Assembly (NCBI GenBank): GCA_964450605.1
Contig: CAYVEK010000002.1
Location: forward strand, 14,384 to 78,383
Length of the DNA: 64,000 nucleotides
Origin: an uncultured Candidatus Saccharibacteria bacterium
GTDB lineage: Bacteria; Patescibacteriota; Minisyncoccia; Phycocordibacterales; CAIZLB01
Direction: 5' to 3'
Shown here: positions 29,923 through 40,434 of the stretch, piece by piece
Layout of the letters: each line of letters begins with the position of its first letter
Numbering within the stretch: position 1 is the first letter of the stretch
Notes under the pieces: generated by a model
Seen by the model: the letters and a program-made list of their open reading frames with translations, nothing else
What the model was told of the DNA's origin: nothing
Database searches by the model: none
Program-made: the position numbers and the translations under genes

Positions 29923-32900
29923 TTAGTCTAGATCTCCGCCAAATCGTTTCATTGTTCCCACCTCTGGTTCTGCAAATTCATCTGCATGAAGAGCTGCAAT
30001 CTCGGCTTGTATGTCAGCAACAGCTTGCTGTTTCATACTTCCAACAAAACCTGTTCCAACAGGAATCAAACGACCAATAAGAGTGTTTTCCATAATACCG
30101 TATAGTGGATCATGCTGTCCTTTTAGAGATGCATTTACCAAGATTCGGTTTGTGTTTTGGAATGACGCGGCTGCTAGGAAACTCTGTCGATTAAGTGACG
30201 CTTCTGCGGTACCCATGATAATATGTCTACCTTTGATTGGCATCTTACCCTCTGCCTCCAGTCTTTCGTTTGCAGTAACGAACTCAAATGTTTCGATAAC
30301 ATCTCCTTCTGAGTACTCACTATCACCTTTGTTTGTGATTTTGATTCGGTTGAACATCTCTCGAACGATAATCTCGATATGTTTTCGAGAAAGACCATCT
30401 CCCTGTAGCTCATAAATCTTTTTCACCTCATCGATGATATATGCCTGTGCAACATCTCGTCCTGCATAGTCATACAACATATCAACATCAACAGAACCAT
30501 CAGTCATGATTTGTCCTTTTGACACATGCTGTCCAACTTTTACATTTGGAATACGTGCATAGTGGAATACATACTCGATCTCACTTCCTTTCTTAGCGTT
30601 TTTGGCTGGAACATCTGGAAGAACTCGTATAAGTTTTTCATGACCTTTATCGATTACTGCTGTAACAACTCCGTCTACTGAAGCAAGAGCTGCAGCATTT
30701 TTAGGAGTTCGGTTTTCAAAGAGTTCTTCAACTCGTGGAAGACCGGCTGTAATATCTCCTCCTGCAACAGCAACTCCTCCGGCGTGGAATGTACGCATTG
30801 TAAGCTGTGTTCCTGGCTCTCCGATGGCTTGTGCAGCAACTGTTCCCACAGACTCTCCAACATCAATAATCGCGCCTGTTGAAAGGTCAGCACCGTAACA
30901 ATGAGCACACACACCTCGTTTTGTTTTACATCCAAGTGGAGATCGAACATCAACTTCATTTACTCCTGCCTTTTCTATAATCTGAGCATCTGCTTTAGAC
31001 AGAACATGTCCTTTTTTGAAGATTACATTTCCTGATACATCAACCACATCTTTGGCAACTGTTCGACTAAATAGATTTTTAGCAAAGTTTGTTTGAATAC
31101 CTGACGCCGTTGCCTTTGTCATAGTAATAAAATCTTTTGTCTTACAATCATCTTCTGTAACCATCACACTTTGTGCTACCACGAACAATTTTCGAGTTAG
31201 ATAACCAGCCTTAGCTGTGTTCAAGGCGGTATCGGTCATACCTTTTCGAGCACCGTGTGTTGAAACGAAGTACTCAATAGGTGTTAGACCTTCTTTAAAT
31301 GAAGAACGGATAGGAAGTTCAATAGTTGTTCCCTGTGCCGTAGCGATCAGACCTTTCATACCAACCATCTGGTTAATGTTACCCCAAGAACCTCGAGCTC
31401 CTGATGCCATGATATCTGCAACAGGGTTTTTTGATTCAAAGTTAACAGGAATCAATTTCTCAATCTGTGACTGTGTATCTTGCCACAATTTAACAATCTT
31501 CATATGTTTTTCATCTTCTGACAAAAGACCAGAATCATATGCATCTTGCACTTTATCAGCAACAACCTGGGCGTCTGACAAAACTTTATATTTTGTATCA
31601 GGAATAATGGTGTCTGAAATACTCCATGTGATACCTGACTTTGTTGCAAACGCAAATCCAAACCGTTTAATAGAGTCAATAAGTGGCGCAATACTATCTT
31701 TTCCTTTTGAAATTACAAGGTCATCTATTAACGCATTCATTACTGATTTATTAATAGGCTTGTTGATGTACTGAACATCATGAGGAAGAAGTTGGTTAAA
31801 CAAGATTCGTCCAACAGTTGTATCTATTAGTTTTCCTGCGTATTCACCATACTTCACAGCATCATCTGGCATCATTACTTTGATAGGAGCTCGATATGAT
31901 ACAACTCCGTGATCAAGAGCTGTGATAGCTGCCTCTGGTGATTCAAAATATTTGTCTGCACCTATCTCATCTGAAGCAATCTTTGTTGCCCAGAATGATC
32001 CAAGTACGATGTCCAACATTTTGTTTGTTACTGTTGCATCTCCTGAACCTGGTTTCAAGATGTTTTTATCTGACGCCATGATCTGATGTGCTTCGTACTG
32101 AGCCTCAGCTGATAGAGGAACGTGTACTGACATAGTATCTCCGTCGAAGTCAGCGTTAAATGGAGAACATACAAGTGGGTGAATCTGAATAGCATTTCCT
32201 TCGATCAAGATCGGCTGAAATGCTTGAACAGATAGTCGGTGAAGTGTTGGGGCTCGGTTTAGAAGAACGTATTTGTCTTTAATAACATCTTCTAGGATTT
32301 CCCAAACTTCTGCGGATTGATCTTCTATCATTCGACTTGCACCTTTGATGTTAAAGGCAAGTTCTTTTTTCAAGATTTCTGATATTACAAATGGTTTGAA
32401 CAATTCAAGAGCCATGTGTTTTGGAAGACCACACTGATTAAATTTTAGATCTGGACCTACAACGATAACTGATCGTCCTGAGTAGTCTACTCGTTTACCG
32501 AGCAAGTTTTGTCGGAACAAACCTCGCTTTCCTTTTAGGTTGTCAGCAATAGATTTAAGAGGTCGTTTCTGTGCAGGGTTTACACCTGAATACGCAGCAC
32601 TATTACCTTTCATTGAGTTATCAAGAAGAGCATCAACAGCTTCTTGCAGAATTCGTTTTTCGTTTCGAAGAATAACATCTGGAGCTTTGATCTCAAATAG
32701 TTTTTTCAATCGATTGTTTCGGTTGATCACTCGTCGATATAGATCGTTTACATCAGAAGTAGCCTGTCGTCCTCCATCAAGAGCAACCATAGGTCGAAGT
32801 GCAGCTGGAATAACTGGAAGAGCTCTGATAAATGTCCACTCTGGTCGAACATGAGCTTTAATCATTGCATCGATAAAACCAAGTCGTCGAATTATTTTCT

Positions 32901-33660
32901 CTCGCTCAGCAGCACCTGCTTTTTCCATATCAACAAGCAATCGTTTCTGTAGATCTTGAAGATCAAGTCCTGAAAGAAGGGCGTGTATAGCTTCTCCTCC
33001 GATACCTGCTTCAAAAGCACTACCGAACTTATATGAGAACTTGTGATACTGATTTTCATCAAGCACTTTTCCTGGCTGTAGAAGATCAATCTCTTGTTTT
33101 GTTGCTGTCATCAAATCAAGCAATGCTTTCTTTGTTTTCTCGTCAACAATAGTTTTCATCTTAAGCTTAAACTCATCATCAAGCTCTTTGTGTAGTCGTC
33201 CTTTTTCTTTCTCGTCTACTTTTGTAATCAAGTATCCAGCAAAGTATACAACTTTCTCTACATCTCCGGCATTCATACCTAGAATAGTTGCTATTCGAGA
33301 AGGCATGTTTTTTAAATACCAGATATGAGCAACAGGAACACATAGTTCGATATGGCCCATTCGCTCTCGTCGAACGATGGCTCGTGTTATCTCAACTCCA
33401 CATTTTTCACAAATGATTCCTTTGTATCGTATTCCTTTATATTTTCCACAATAACATTCATAATCTTTTTCTGGACCAAAAATCTTTTCACAGAAAAGAC
33501 CATCTCGTTCACTTCGCTGTGTTCGATAGTTCATTGTTTCTGGTCGTCGTACTTCTCCTCGAGACCATGCTCGGATTCGATCAGGTGATGCGAGTTTTAT
33601 AAATACTGACTCGATATCATCAACAGAAGATTTTGTTTGAGGTTTTTTATTTGGCAACAT
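29923..33660 (-). CDS. rpoC: DNA-directed RNA polymerase subunit beta'
   Basis: 1245 aa. Zinc-finger CYCGKYKGIRYKGIICEKCG, catalytic NADFDGD, trigger loop and other beta' blocks. Confidence 0.97.
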   Translation of the reverse strand: MLPNKKPQTKSSVDDIESVFIKLASPDRIRAWSRGEVRRPETMNYRTQRSERDGLFCEKIFGPEKDYECYCGKYKGIRYKGIICEKCGVEITRAIVRRERMGHIELCVPVAHIWYLKNMPSRIATILGMNAGDVEKVVYFAGYLITKVDEKEKGRLHKELDDEFKLKMKTIVDEKTKKALLDLMTATKQEIDLLQPGKVLDENQYHKFSYKFGSAFEAGIGGEAIHALLSGLDLQDLQKRLLVDMEKAGAAEREKIIRRLGFIDAMIKAHVRPEWTFIRALPVIPAALRPMVALDGGRQATSDVNDLYRRVINRNNRLKKLFEIKAPDVILRNEKRILQEAVDALLDNSMKGNSAAYSGVNPAQKRPLKSIADNLKGKRGLFRQNLLGKRVDYSGRSVIVVGPDLKFNQCGLPKHMALELFKPFVISEILKKELAFNIKGASRMIEDQSAEVWEILEDVIKDKYVLLNRAPTLHRLSVQAFQPILIEGNAIQIHPLVCSPFNADFDGDTMSVHVPLSAEAQYEAHQIMASDKNILKPGSGDATVTNKMLDIVLGSFWATKIASDEIGADKYFESPEAAITALDHGVVSYRAPIKVMMPDDAVKYGEYAGKLIDTTVGRILFNQLLPHDVQYINKPINKSVMNALIDDLVISKGKDSIAPLIDSIKRFGFAFATKSGITWSISDTIIPDTKYKVLSDAQVVADKVQDAYDSGLLSEDEKHMKIVKLWQDTQSQIEKLIPVNFESKNPVADIMASGARGSWGNINQMVGMKGLIATAQGTTIELPIRSSFKEGLTPIEYFVSTHGARKGMTDTALNTAKAGYLTRKLFVVAQSVMVTEDDCKTKDFITMTKATASGIQTNFAKNLFSRTVAKDVVDVSGNVIFKKGHVLSKADAQIIEKAGVNEVDVRSPLGCKTKRGVCAHCYGADLSTGAIIDVGESVGTVAAQAIGEPGTQLTMRTFHAGGVAVAGGDITAGLPRVEELFENRTPKNAAALASVDGVVTAVIDKGHEKLIRVLPDVPAKNAKKGSEIEYVFHYARIPNVKVGQHVSKGQIMTDGSVDVDMLYDYAGRDVAQAYIIDEVKKIYELQGDGLSRKHIEIIVREMFNRIKITNKGDSEYSEGDVIETFEFVTANERLEAEGKMPIKGRHIIMGTAEASLNRQSFLAAASFQNTNRILVNASLKGQHDPLYGIMENTLIGRLIPVGTGFVGSMKQQAVADIQAEIAALHADEFAEPEVGTMKRFGGDLD

Positions 33661-33707
33661 ATATTTTATTTGTTGTTATGTTAATCAATTAATAGATGTG
33701 TTAAGAA

Positions 33708-36700
33708 TTATTCTTCTTTTGTATCAGCACCCATCTCTTCTTCTTCAACAAGACCTTCTACGTCTTCCTCGTCGACACCATCGAGTTCTGAAGTGTGAAT
33801 TTGTACTTTTGTTCCGTCATGTCCAACGTCAAGTCCTATGTCAAGTGGTCTACCATCTTTACTATCAAAACCAACATCGATACATAGACCTCGAAGGTTT
33901 GAAAGCAACACGTTAAATGATGCTGGCGTGTTTGGATCACTCAATGTTTCTCCTTTCACAATAGCGTCATACGCCGCTGAACGTCCTTGAATATCATCAG
34001 ACTTGATAGTGAGCATTTCTCGCAATGTGTGTGAAGCACCATAACCTGCAAGAGCCCACACTTCCATCTCTCCGAATCGCTGTCCTCCACCTTGAGCTTT
34101 ACCTCCAAGTGGCTGTTGAGTGATAAGTGAGTATGGTCCAGTTGATCGAGCATGTATCTTGTCTTCCACCATGTGGTGAAGTTTAAGCATGTACATGTAT
34201 CCAACTGCAACATCCTGTCCAAAGGCTTCTCCTGTTCGTCCATCAAATAATTTCATTTTTCCTGAACGATTGTATCCAGCTTTTTCAAGTTCGTCTTGTA
34301 CTTCATCAGGTGTAGGACCCATGAAGGCAGGAACGATAGCTTGGTAACCTTGTTTTGCAGCGGCAAGACCGAGGTGAAGTTCTAGAATCTGTCCCAAGTT
34401 CATACGTGATGGCACACCAAGCGGTGTTAGAATCATATCTACTGGTGTTCCGTCAGCCATGTATGGCATATCTTCAACAGGAAGAACTCGAGAGATAACT
34501 CCTTTGTTTCCGTGTCGTCCAGCAAGTTTATCTCCAACTGAGATATTTCGAAGAAGAGCAACTTCGATATAGATTCGTTTGATGATTCCTGATTCTAGTT
34601 TGTCTCCTTTTTCTCGTGTAAATACTTTTACTCCGATAACTCGTCCTCGTTTTCCGTTTTCAAGTCTCTTTGATGTATCTTTTACATCTCGAGCTCGATC
34701 ACCGAAAATAGATCGTAGAAGTCTTTCTTCTGGTGTAAGTTGTGTTTCTGTTTTTGGAGTAATCTTTCCAACAAGAATATCTCCAGGTCGAACCTCAGCA
34801 CCGATACGTACGATACCTTCTGCATCAAGATCTTTTAGTTTAGCTTCTGATACGTTTGGTATATCACATGTGTTTACCTCAGGTCCTAGTTTTGTATCTC
34901 GAACGTTTATTACAAACTCTTCGATATGTATAGATGTAAACTTAGACTGCTTTACAAGGTTTTCAGATATAATGATGGCATCCTCGTAGTTTGCTCCACT
35001 CCATGCAAGAAAGGCAATAAGAATGTTTTGTCCAAGCGCAGCCTCTCCTTGTACTGATGTTGAAGTATCAGCAAGAACATCACCTCGTTTTACTTTTTGT
35101 CCAAGAGACACTACTGGTCGCTGATGGAATACTGTAAACTGGTTTGTTTTGTTAAAGATAGCAAGTTTGAACTTTGTCTCTCGCTTTCCTTTAAGTGTAA
35201 TAGATGATGCATCTACCTGTACAATCTCTCCATCTTCTGGTGCAAGAATAACTCGTCCTGTATCTCGAGCAGCTGTTTCTTCAATACCTGTTGCAACATA
35301 TGCTGCTTCTGGCACGATACAAGGTGTAGCCTGCTTCTGCATGTTTGATCCCATGAGTGCTCGGTTGGCGTCGTCATGGTTCACAAATGGAATCATGGCT
35401 GTAGAGATAGAGAATGGTTGTTCTGGTGCAACGTCGATAAGATCGATCTCTCCTTTAGGAACAACGATAGGATCTCCTTTTAGTCGAACCTCAACCATTT
35501 CATCCAAAATAACTCCATCTTTATCATATCGAACAGCGGCGTGAGCAATCTTGTAACCTTCTTCCTGAAGAGCATCTAGATATACAACCTCTTTTGTAAC
35601 TTTTCCATTTTTAACTTTTACATATGGAGTTTCAATCATTCCAAAATGGTTAACTTTGGCATATGCAGCTAAGTGCAATACAAGACCAATGTTTTGTCCT
35701 TCAGGTGTATGGATAGGACACACTCGTCCGTAGTGAGAAGGATGAACGTCTCGAACTTCTACTCCAGCTCGATCTCGAGTAAGACCTCCTTGTCCTAGAG
35801 CTGTTACGATTCGTAGGTTCTCAAGCTCAGCCAAAATGTTTTCCTGACTCATGAACTGTGACAACTGGTTTGTACTAAAGTACTCTTTAATACGAGCCTG
35901 TAGTGGTCGTGGAGAGATAAGTTGCATTGGCTGTCGAACATCTGTCTCGATAGTAGACATACGGTTCTGAATGTTTTTCTTAATCTGAAGCAATGCAAAA
36001 CGAACTTTTTGCTGTAACTGCTCTCCTACAAACTTCACTCGTCGTGATCCAAGGTGATCTACATCATCAACTTCAGCAGCTCCGTCTGGACTGTGAGTCA
36101 TAGTTGCGATCTGATCTATAAGTGTTGCAAAATCATCAAGATTTAGAGTTGTTCGCGCAAGCTCTTTAGGCTCCATTGATTTTCCAAATCGACTATTAAA
36201 TCGGAATCGTCCAACTGGTGATAAGTCATATCGATCAGCCTTAAATAGCGCTTCAAAAAATTCTTTTGCGTTTTGTGCTGTAGCAAGCTCACCATCTCGC
36301 ATCTTTTTATAGATTTCGATATATGCTTCGTCTACTGTTTTTGCATGGTCTTTAGCAAGTGTATGCTCGATAAATGCCTTTGCGTGAGGATTTGATTTGA
36401 ACAGTTCTTTAATATCAGAATCTGTATGTGCTCCGAATGCTCGTAGTAATGTTGTAACTGGAAACTTTCGCTTTTTATCCATTCGAACATAGATAGCTCC
36501 ATCTGTGTCTGTCTCTATCTCTATCCATGAACCTCGATTTGGAATAATCTTAGCGCCTAGATATGTTCGTCCTTTAGCTTCTTGTGAAGTAAAGAAAGCT
36601 CCGAAAGATCGTGCGATCTGTGGAACAATACATCTTTCAATACCATTAATAATGAAAGTACCGTGCTCAGTCATCATAGGCAAATCTGCCATGAACAATT

Positions 36701-37004
36701 CTTGCTCATGTTCTGATCCGGTTACTTTGTTAACAAGTTTTATAGAAGCTTTGATTGTAGCTTCATAGTTTAACTTGTTTTCCTTTGCATAAAATTCATC
36801 GTATTTTGGACGATCAAGTCTCATTCCTTCGAATCGGAACTCGAACTTCTTCTCAGTATAGTCTTTGATAGATGCAAATTCGGCAAAAACTTCTGCCAAA
36901 CCTTTCTCCAAAAACCACTTGTAGGAATGTATCTGATTTTCTACAAGATTTGGTAATGGCGCAAGCGCCTCACGATACCGTGAAAAGTATTTCTTTTTCA
37001 ACAT
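33708..37004 (-). CDS. rpoB: DNA-directed RNA polymerase subunit beta
   Basis: 1098 aa. Conserved beta blocks (GRHGNKGV, rifampicin-region residues, C-terminal clamp). Immediately upstream of rpoC. Confidence 0.97.
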   Translation of the reverse strand: MLKKKYFSRYREALAPLPNLVENQIHSYKWFLEKGLAEVFAEFASIKDYTEKKFEFRFEGMRLDRPKYDEFYAKENKLNYEATIKASIKLVNKVTGSEHEQELFMADLPMMTEHGTFIINGIERCIVPQIARSFGAFFTSQEAKGRTYLGAKIIPNRGSWIEIETDTDGAIYVRMDKKRKFPVTTLLRAFGAHTDSDIKELFKSNPHAKAFIEHTLAKDHAKTVDEAYIEIYKKMRDGELATAQNAKEFFEALFKADRYDLSPVGRFRFNSRFGKSMEPKELARTTLNLDDFATLIDQIATMTHSPDGAAEVDDVDHLGSRRVKFVGEQLQQKVRFALLQIKKNIQNRMSTIETDVRQPMQLISPRPLQARIKEYFSTNQLSQFMSQENILAELENLRIVTALGQGGLTRDRAGVEVRDVHPSHYGRVCPIHTPEGQNIGLVLHLAAYAKVNHFGMIETPYVKVKNGKVTKEVVYLDALQEEGYKIAHAAVRYDKDGVILDEMVEVRLKGDPIVVPKGEIDLIDVAPEQPFSISTAMIPFVNHDDANRALMGSNMQKQATPCIVPEAAYVATGIEETAARDTGRVILAPEDGEIVQVDASSITLKGKRETKFKLAIFNKTNQFTVFHQRPVVSLGQKVKRGDVLADTSTSVQGEAALGQNILIAFLAWSGANYEDAIIISENLVKQSKFTSIHIEEFVINVRDTKLGPEVNTCDIPNVSEAKLKDLDAEGIVRIGAEVRPGDILVGKITPKTETQLTPEERLLRSIFGDRARDVKDTSKRLENGKRGRVIGVKVFTREKGDKLESGIIKRIYIEVALLRNISVGDKLAGRHGNKGVISRVLPVEDMPYMADGTPVDMILTPLGVPSRMNLGQILELHLGLAAAKQGYQAIVPAFMGPTPDEVQDELEKAGYNRSGKMKLFDGRTGEAFGQDVAVGYMYMLKLHHMVEDKIHARSTGPYSLITQQPLGGKAQGGGQRFGEMEVWALAGYGASHTLREMLTIKSDDIQGRSAAYDAIVKGETLSDPNTPASFNVLLSNLRGLCIDVGFDSKDGRPLDIGLDVGHDGTKVQIHTSELDGVDEEDVEGLVEEEEMGADTKEE

Positions 37005-37253
37005 AAAAATGTCCGGAAAAGTATGTAGTTTTAGATTTAATAAAAGCGAAAAAGTCTATCGGTACTCAATCGTTTTACGCTAGGGTTGACTGTAGCATGT
37101 TTCGGCTTGATTTGCAAGGGGTTTTTGAAGGTTTGAGCGGTCTTCTGTGGGTTTACTGGTGGCATGTTGACAACATGTACATAAAAATGGTTTAATAACA
37201 TCACCTTAAGACCTCAGTGGTCAAGGTATGAACCATTCACAGCCTAATAAAAC

Positions 37254-37652
37254 ATGCAACGCATTAACTGGATAATTAGTCAAAATACCGTCCAAGTACC
37301 CAACCTCCAACAGATCGGCAACTTGATGCAGATGGCCATCGGCATAATCTCCTGTCATCAGTTAGGATTATTGTGCCCCAAAAACGATGTTATACACGAG
37401 CAAACTGCTACGACCTCAGTTTCCGGGATAGATCTGCAACAGGTATCAGTGCAGCCAGACATCTATCAAACAGACAAGAAAACACTGCTATATTCTCAGC
37501 AGGTACAACCTTACGGATACTGGCTGGAAATCAATTTCTGCGAGGGTTCGGCCTCGCTTGATGCAGATCGCGCAGAATCACCGACCGGAGAATACTACGA
37601 AGTGACCATCGGTGAATTGTTGGAAGGAGTCAGCTGGACCAACCCAAACTGA
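37254..37652 (+). CDS. Hypothetical Gln-rich small protein in a GC-rich insert (start possibly internal at MQMAIG)
   Basis: 132-aa ORF on the strand opposite to its neighbours, followed directly by a strong intrinsic terminator. No recognisable motif. Confidence 0.35.
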   Translation: MQRINWIISQNTVQVPNLQQIGNLMQMAIGIISCHQLGLLCPKNDVIHEQTATTSVSGIDLQQVSVQPDIYQTDKKTLLYSQQVQPYGYWLEINFCEGSASLDADRAESPTGEYYEVTIGELLEGVSWTNPN

Positions 37653-37670
37653 TCACCGCCCAAAATCCAA

Positions 37671-37710
37671 CCACCCCCGGACCTCACGGTCCGCGGGTGG
37701 GATTTTTTAT
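37671..37710 (+). terminator. Strong intrinsic terminator
   Basis: ccacccccggacc-tcac-ggtccgcgggtgg (12/13 bp) followed by gaTTTTTTaTTT. Confidence 0.7.
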
Positions 37711-37717
37711 TTCCCCT

Positions 37718-38287
37718 CTACATCTTCGCCCTTCCCTTCACCATATTCAAAAACTTCTGCAAATACGTCTCATCTCTTTTATATTTTTCGTGTAAAACCT
37801 TAAATGTTGCTGGTTTTACTCCACAGAAACGAAGTATACCTAGATTCCAGATAGTCCGAAATGGTACTGCCATAAGCCAGTATAGCCACATACGACCATC
37901 ACAGGTTATGAAAACATGACCTTTTTTACCTTTAAGCATTCCAACTGGCCAACCGTTTTTATAATAAAAAGCAAACTTAGCACTGATATTTATATCAATA
38001 AAGTTTTTCATGATGGCAGGCATACCCATCCACCACAGTGGATGTATGAAAACAAGTTCACTCGCCTCTGTTATCTTTTGTTGTATGGCTGTACGTATAG
38101 GATCAGCTTTGGCCATGTCGGATTTTTCTTCGTATGAAAGAAAATCTTGTTTTAGATTTGTTTTGTAGAGATCGATAATTTCAACTTCTTTTCCAACCTC
38201 TCGAGCACCTTCAGCAAATGCACCAGCGATACGGTGAGTAAAACCTTTTGAACTCGGATGTGCGGTAATTATAAGTACTTTTGTCAT
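37718..38287 (-). CDS. Flavodoxin-like NAD(P)H-dependent oxidoreductase (NQO/MdaB-type)
   Basis: Start at MTKVLIITAHPSSKGFTHRIAGAF; flavodoxin_2 fold signature and FIHPLWW segment. Confidence 0.65.
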   Translation of the reverse strand: MTKVLIITAHPSSKGFTHRIAGAFAEGAREVGKEVEIIDLYKTNLKQDFLSYEEKSDMAKADPIRTAIQQKITEASELVFIHPLWWMGMPAIMKNFIDINISAKFAFYYKNGWPVGMLKGKKGHVFITCDGRMWLYWLMAVPFRTIWNLGILRFCGVKPATFKVLHEKYKRDETYLQKFLNMVKGRAKM

Positions 38288-38294
38288 ATACACT

Positions 38295-39341
38295 CTAGTA
38301 TATCATAGGTTTAAGACCTGCAAGTTGTAGAGCTTTATCTACCAGTTGAAGAACTGCTTTTTTGGTTTCAGCGGTTACTAAAAAGAGTGCATTGTGGCAA
38401 AATCGAGCATCTTTAACACCAGAGATTTGTTCAAGCTCAGCTTTTTCTTTTCCTCCCCACTCTTTTGGAAATGGAAGACGTGCCTCAAATGAATCCATGC
38501 TTTTTCGGACAACCTCAGCGCCCCAACCACCTCTTCTATGAGGGTACACAAAAAATAAAGCCTCAGGGAAAATAGAATAATCTATTTTATAGGCCTGATC
38601 ACACACTATAACTCTTTTATCTTTAGATTTACTATAAATCTTTTCAACCTTACTCTTATACAATTCATCATAATATGCAGTAGTTAGAACATCTTCAAGT
38701 ACCACTTCTGCAAAACTCACAGTTTTGAAAAACTTTTTATCTAAAGCTTTTACTGTAGCCGTGTCAGTATTTTCTGATCCCGCAAGAACCGCCCCTACAC
38801 TGGTCGCGACATACATACTCAGAGTAAAAACTTCTGTTTTATCAAAAAGCGGTTTATAGGTATCCTGACCATTGTCAGCCGCATCAAGACCTCTTATCAG
38901 CTTATGATTTACGCGAATAGCGATATTTTCCGCCATCTGTTTTCCTATGTCTTTACCAGATATTTTTTTTACATACAGAGCACATACTGATGCACCGAAA
39001 TGTTTCCAAAGCAAACCTATAGAAGAATATTTTATACCATTATCATATGTATCAGCTCCCCCTGTTTGATGATGATCAAATCGAAGTTTTGAGGAGTCAT
39101 ATATGCGACCACAATCAAAAACCATATCTGCTTTTTCAAGTGCTAATGAGTCAACTGGGTTACGAGTGATAGTGTATTTTTGCTCTGGAAGACCAAGTGA
39201 AAAAAATAGACGGAGTAAGGCTGACGCGAACACATCATCAGCATGAAAAGTTTTATCATGTGTAGCTAATACTAGCTTGGGTTTACCTATAATCTTTTTT
39301 AAAGCTTTAGAAACTGAAGTTTCGAGATATGGAATATGCAT
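38295..39341 (-). CDS. MYG1/UPF0160-family metal-dependent hydrolase
   Basis: 348 aa. VLATHDKTFHADDVFASALLRL matches the MYG1 (GTFHADE) signature. Confidence 0.6.
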   Translation of the reverse strand: MHIPYLETSVSKALKKIIGKPKLVLATHDKTFHADDVFASALLRLFFSLGLPEQKYTITRNPVDSLALEKADMVFDCGRIYDSSKLRFDHHQTGGADTYDNGIKYSSIGLLWKHFGASVCALYVKKISGKDIGKQMAENIAIRVNHKLIRGLDAADNGQDTYKPLFDKTEVFTLSMYVATSVGAVLAGSENTDTATVKALDKKFFKTVSFAEVVLEDVLTTAYYDELYKSKVEKIYSKSKDKRVIVCDQAYKIDYSIFPEALFFVYPHRRGGWGAEVVRKSMDSFEARLPFPKEWGGKEKAELEQISGVKDARFCHNALFLVTAETKKAVLQLVDKALQLAGLKPMIY

Positions 39342-39360
39342 ATATTAAAACTATAGCACA

Positions 39361-40416
39361 CTATACCTCTTTTGCTTTCCACGCATCAATAATAGCAACA
39401 AACACACTAAGAACCAACGGACCGAACAAAAAGCCTTCTGGGCCAAACAAAGCGATACCGCCGATAACTGATAAAAGTATAAACAACGGATGTATCTGTA
39501 TACCTTTATTTATCATTTTTGGCCCAAGAACGTTATCAATAAGCCCAACAGCAACGATACCCCACACAAGTTGACCTATCCATGCTATAGAACCGTCACC
39601 GTCTGTCATATATAGATATATAGCGGCAGGTATCCAGATAATAGCCGGACCTACACCAGGAACAAGAGCAAACATGCCAGCTACTGCTCCCCAGAAAAAT
39701 GGATTTGGAACACCAAAGATAGTAAATCCTAGTCCACTGACGAGACCTTGAGCTAATGCAACCACAAGTGAGCCTATGAGAATAGAACGAACTGCGATTT
39801 TAAGTGATGAAAATATCTTGTTGTCATCATTTTCTTTAAGAGGAGTTATTCGTTTATATAGATCTTTGAAATGCTCAGAATCTTTCAGGAAATAAAATAG
39901 TGCAATCAAGAACAAAAATGTTTTGAGCACTAAATCAAATGTACCAGAGAAAAATGTGCCTAGATTATCAACGACAAAACCTGATATGCCTTGCGCAATC
40001 TGTTCAAACTTTAAATCTAAGTTAGGAAAATATGGATGCAGTGCTTGCTCTATGCGAGCAGATAGTACACTCGTACCACCTTCAGTTACACTGGAGTAAA
40101 AACCTTGTGCATCTGAAAAAATCTTACTCAAAACTATAGTAAACGGTGTGATAATAAGCAGTATCATGAGTACCACTGTTATAAGAGATGCTGAAGCTGA
40201 AGATATAGAGCTAAGCCATTTTCTCTTTTTCAAAAAATCACGTATACGTGTATGAACTGGAAGCACCATGAGTGCACAAGCATATGCCAGAGCCAAGACA
40301 ATCAAGAACTTAGACAAGACGGCAAATGACAGAAAGCCAAATAGTATAAGTAAAACAATAAAAAATATGTTTCGTAAATTAAAAATACCTTGCATGGCAT
40401 CAGTATACCATTGCAA
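39361..40416 (-). CDS. AI-2E family transporter (PerM/YdiK-like)
   Basis: 351 aa, 8 TM. GLVSGLGFTIFGVPNPFFWGAVAGMFALVPGVGPAIIWIPAAIYL. Confidence 0.7.
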   Translation of the reverse strand: MQWYTDAMQGIFNLRNIFFIVLLILFGFLSFAVLSKFLIVLALAYACALMVLPVHTRIRDFLKKRKWLSSISSASASLITVVLMILLIITPFTIVLSKIFSDAQGFYSSVTEGGTSVLSARIEQALHPYFPNLDLKFEQIAQGISGFVVDNLGTFFSGTFDLVLKTFLFLIALFYFLKDSEHFKDLYKRITPLKENDDNKIFSSLKIAVRSILIGSLVVALAQGLVSGLGFTIFGVPNPFFWGAVAGMFALVPGVGPAIIWIPAAIYLYMTDGDGSIAWIGQLVWGIVAVGLIDNVLGPKMINKGIQIHPLFILLSVIGGIALFGPEGFLFGPLVLSVFVAIIDAWKAKEV

Positions 40417-40434
40417 GGTATTTTTAGGCTATAG

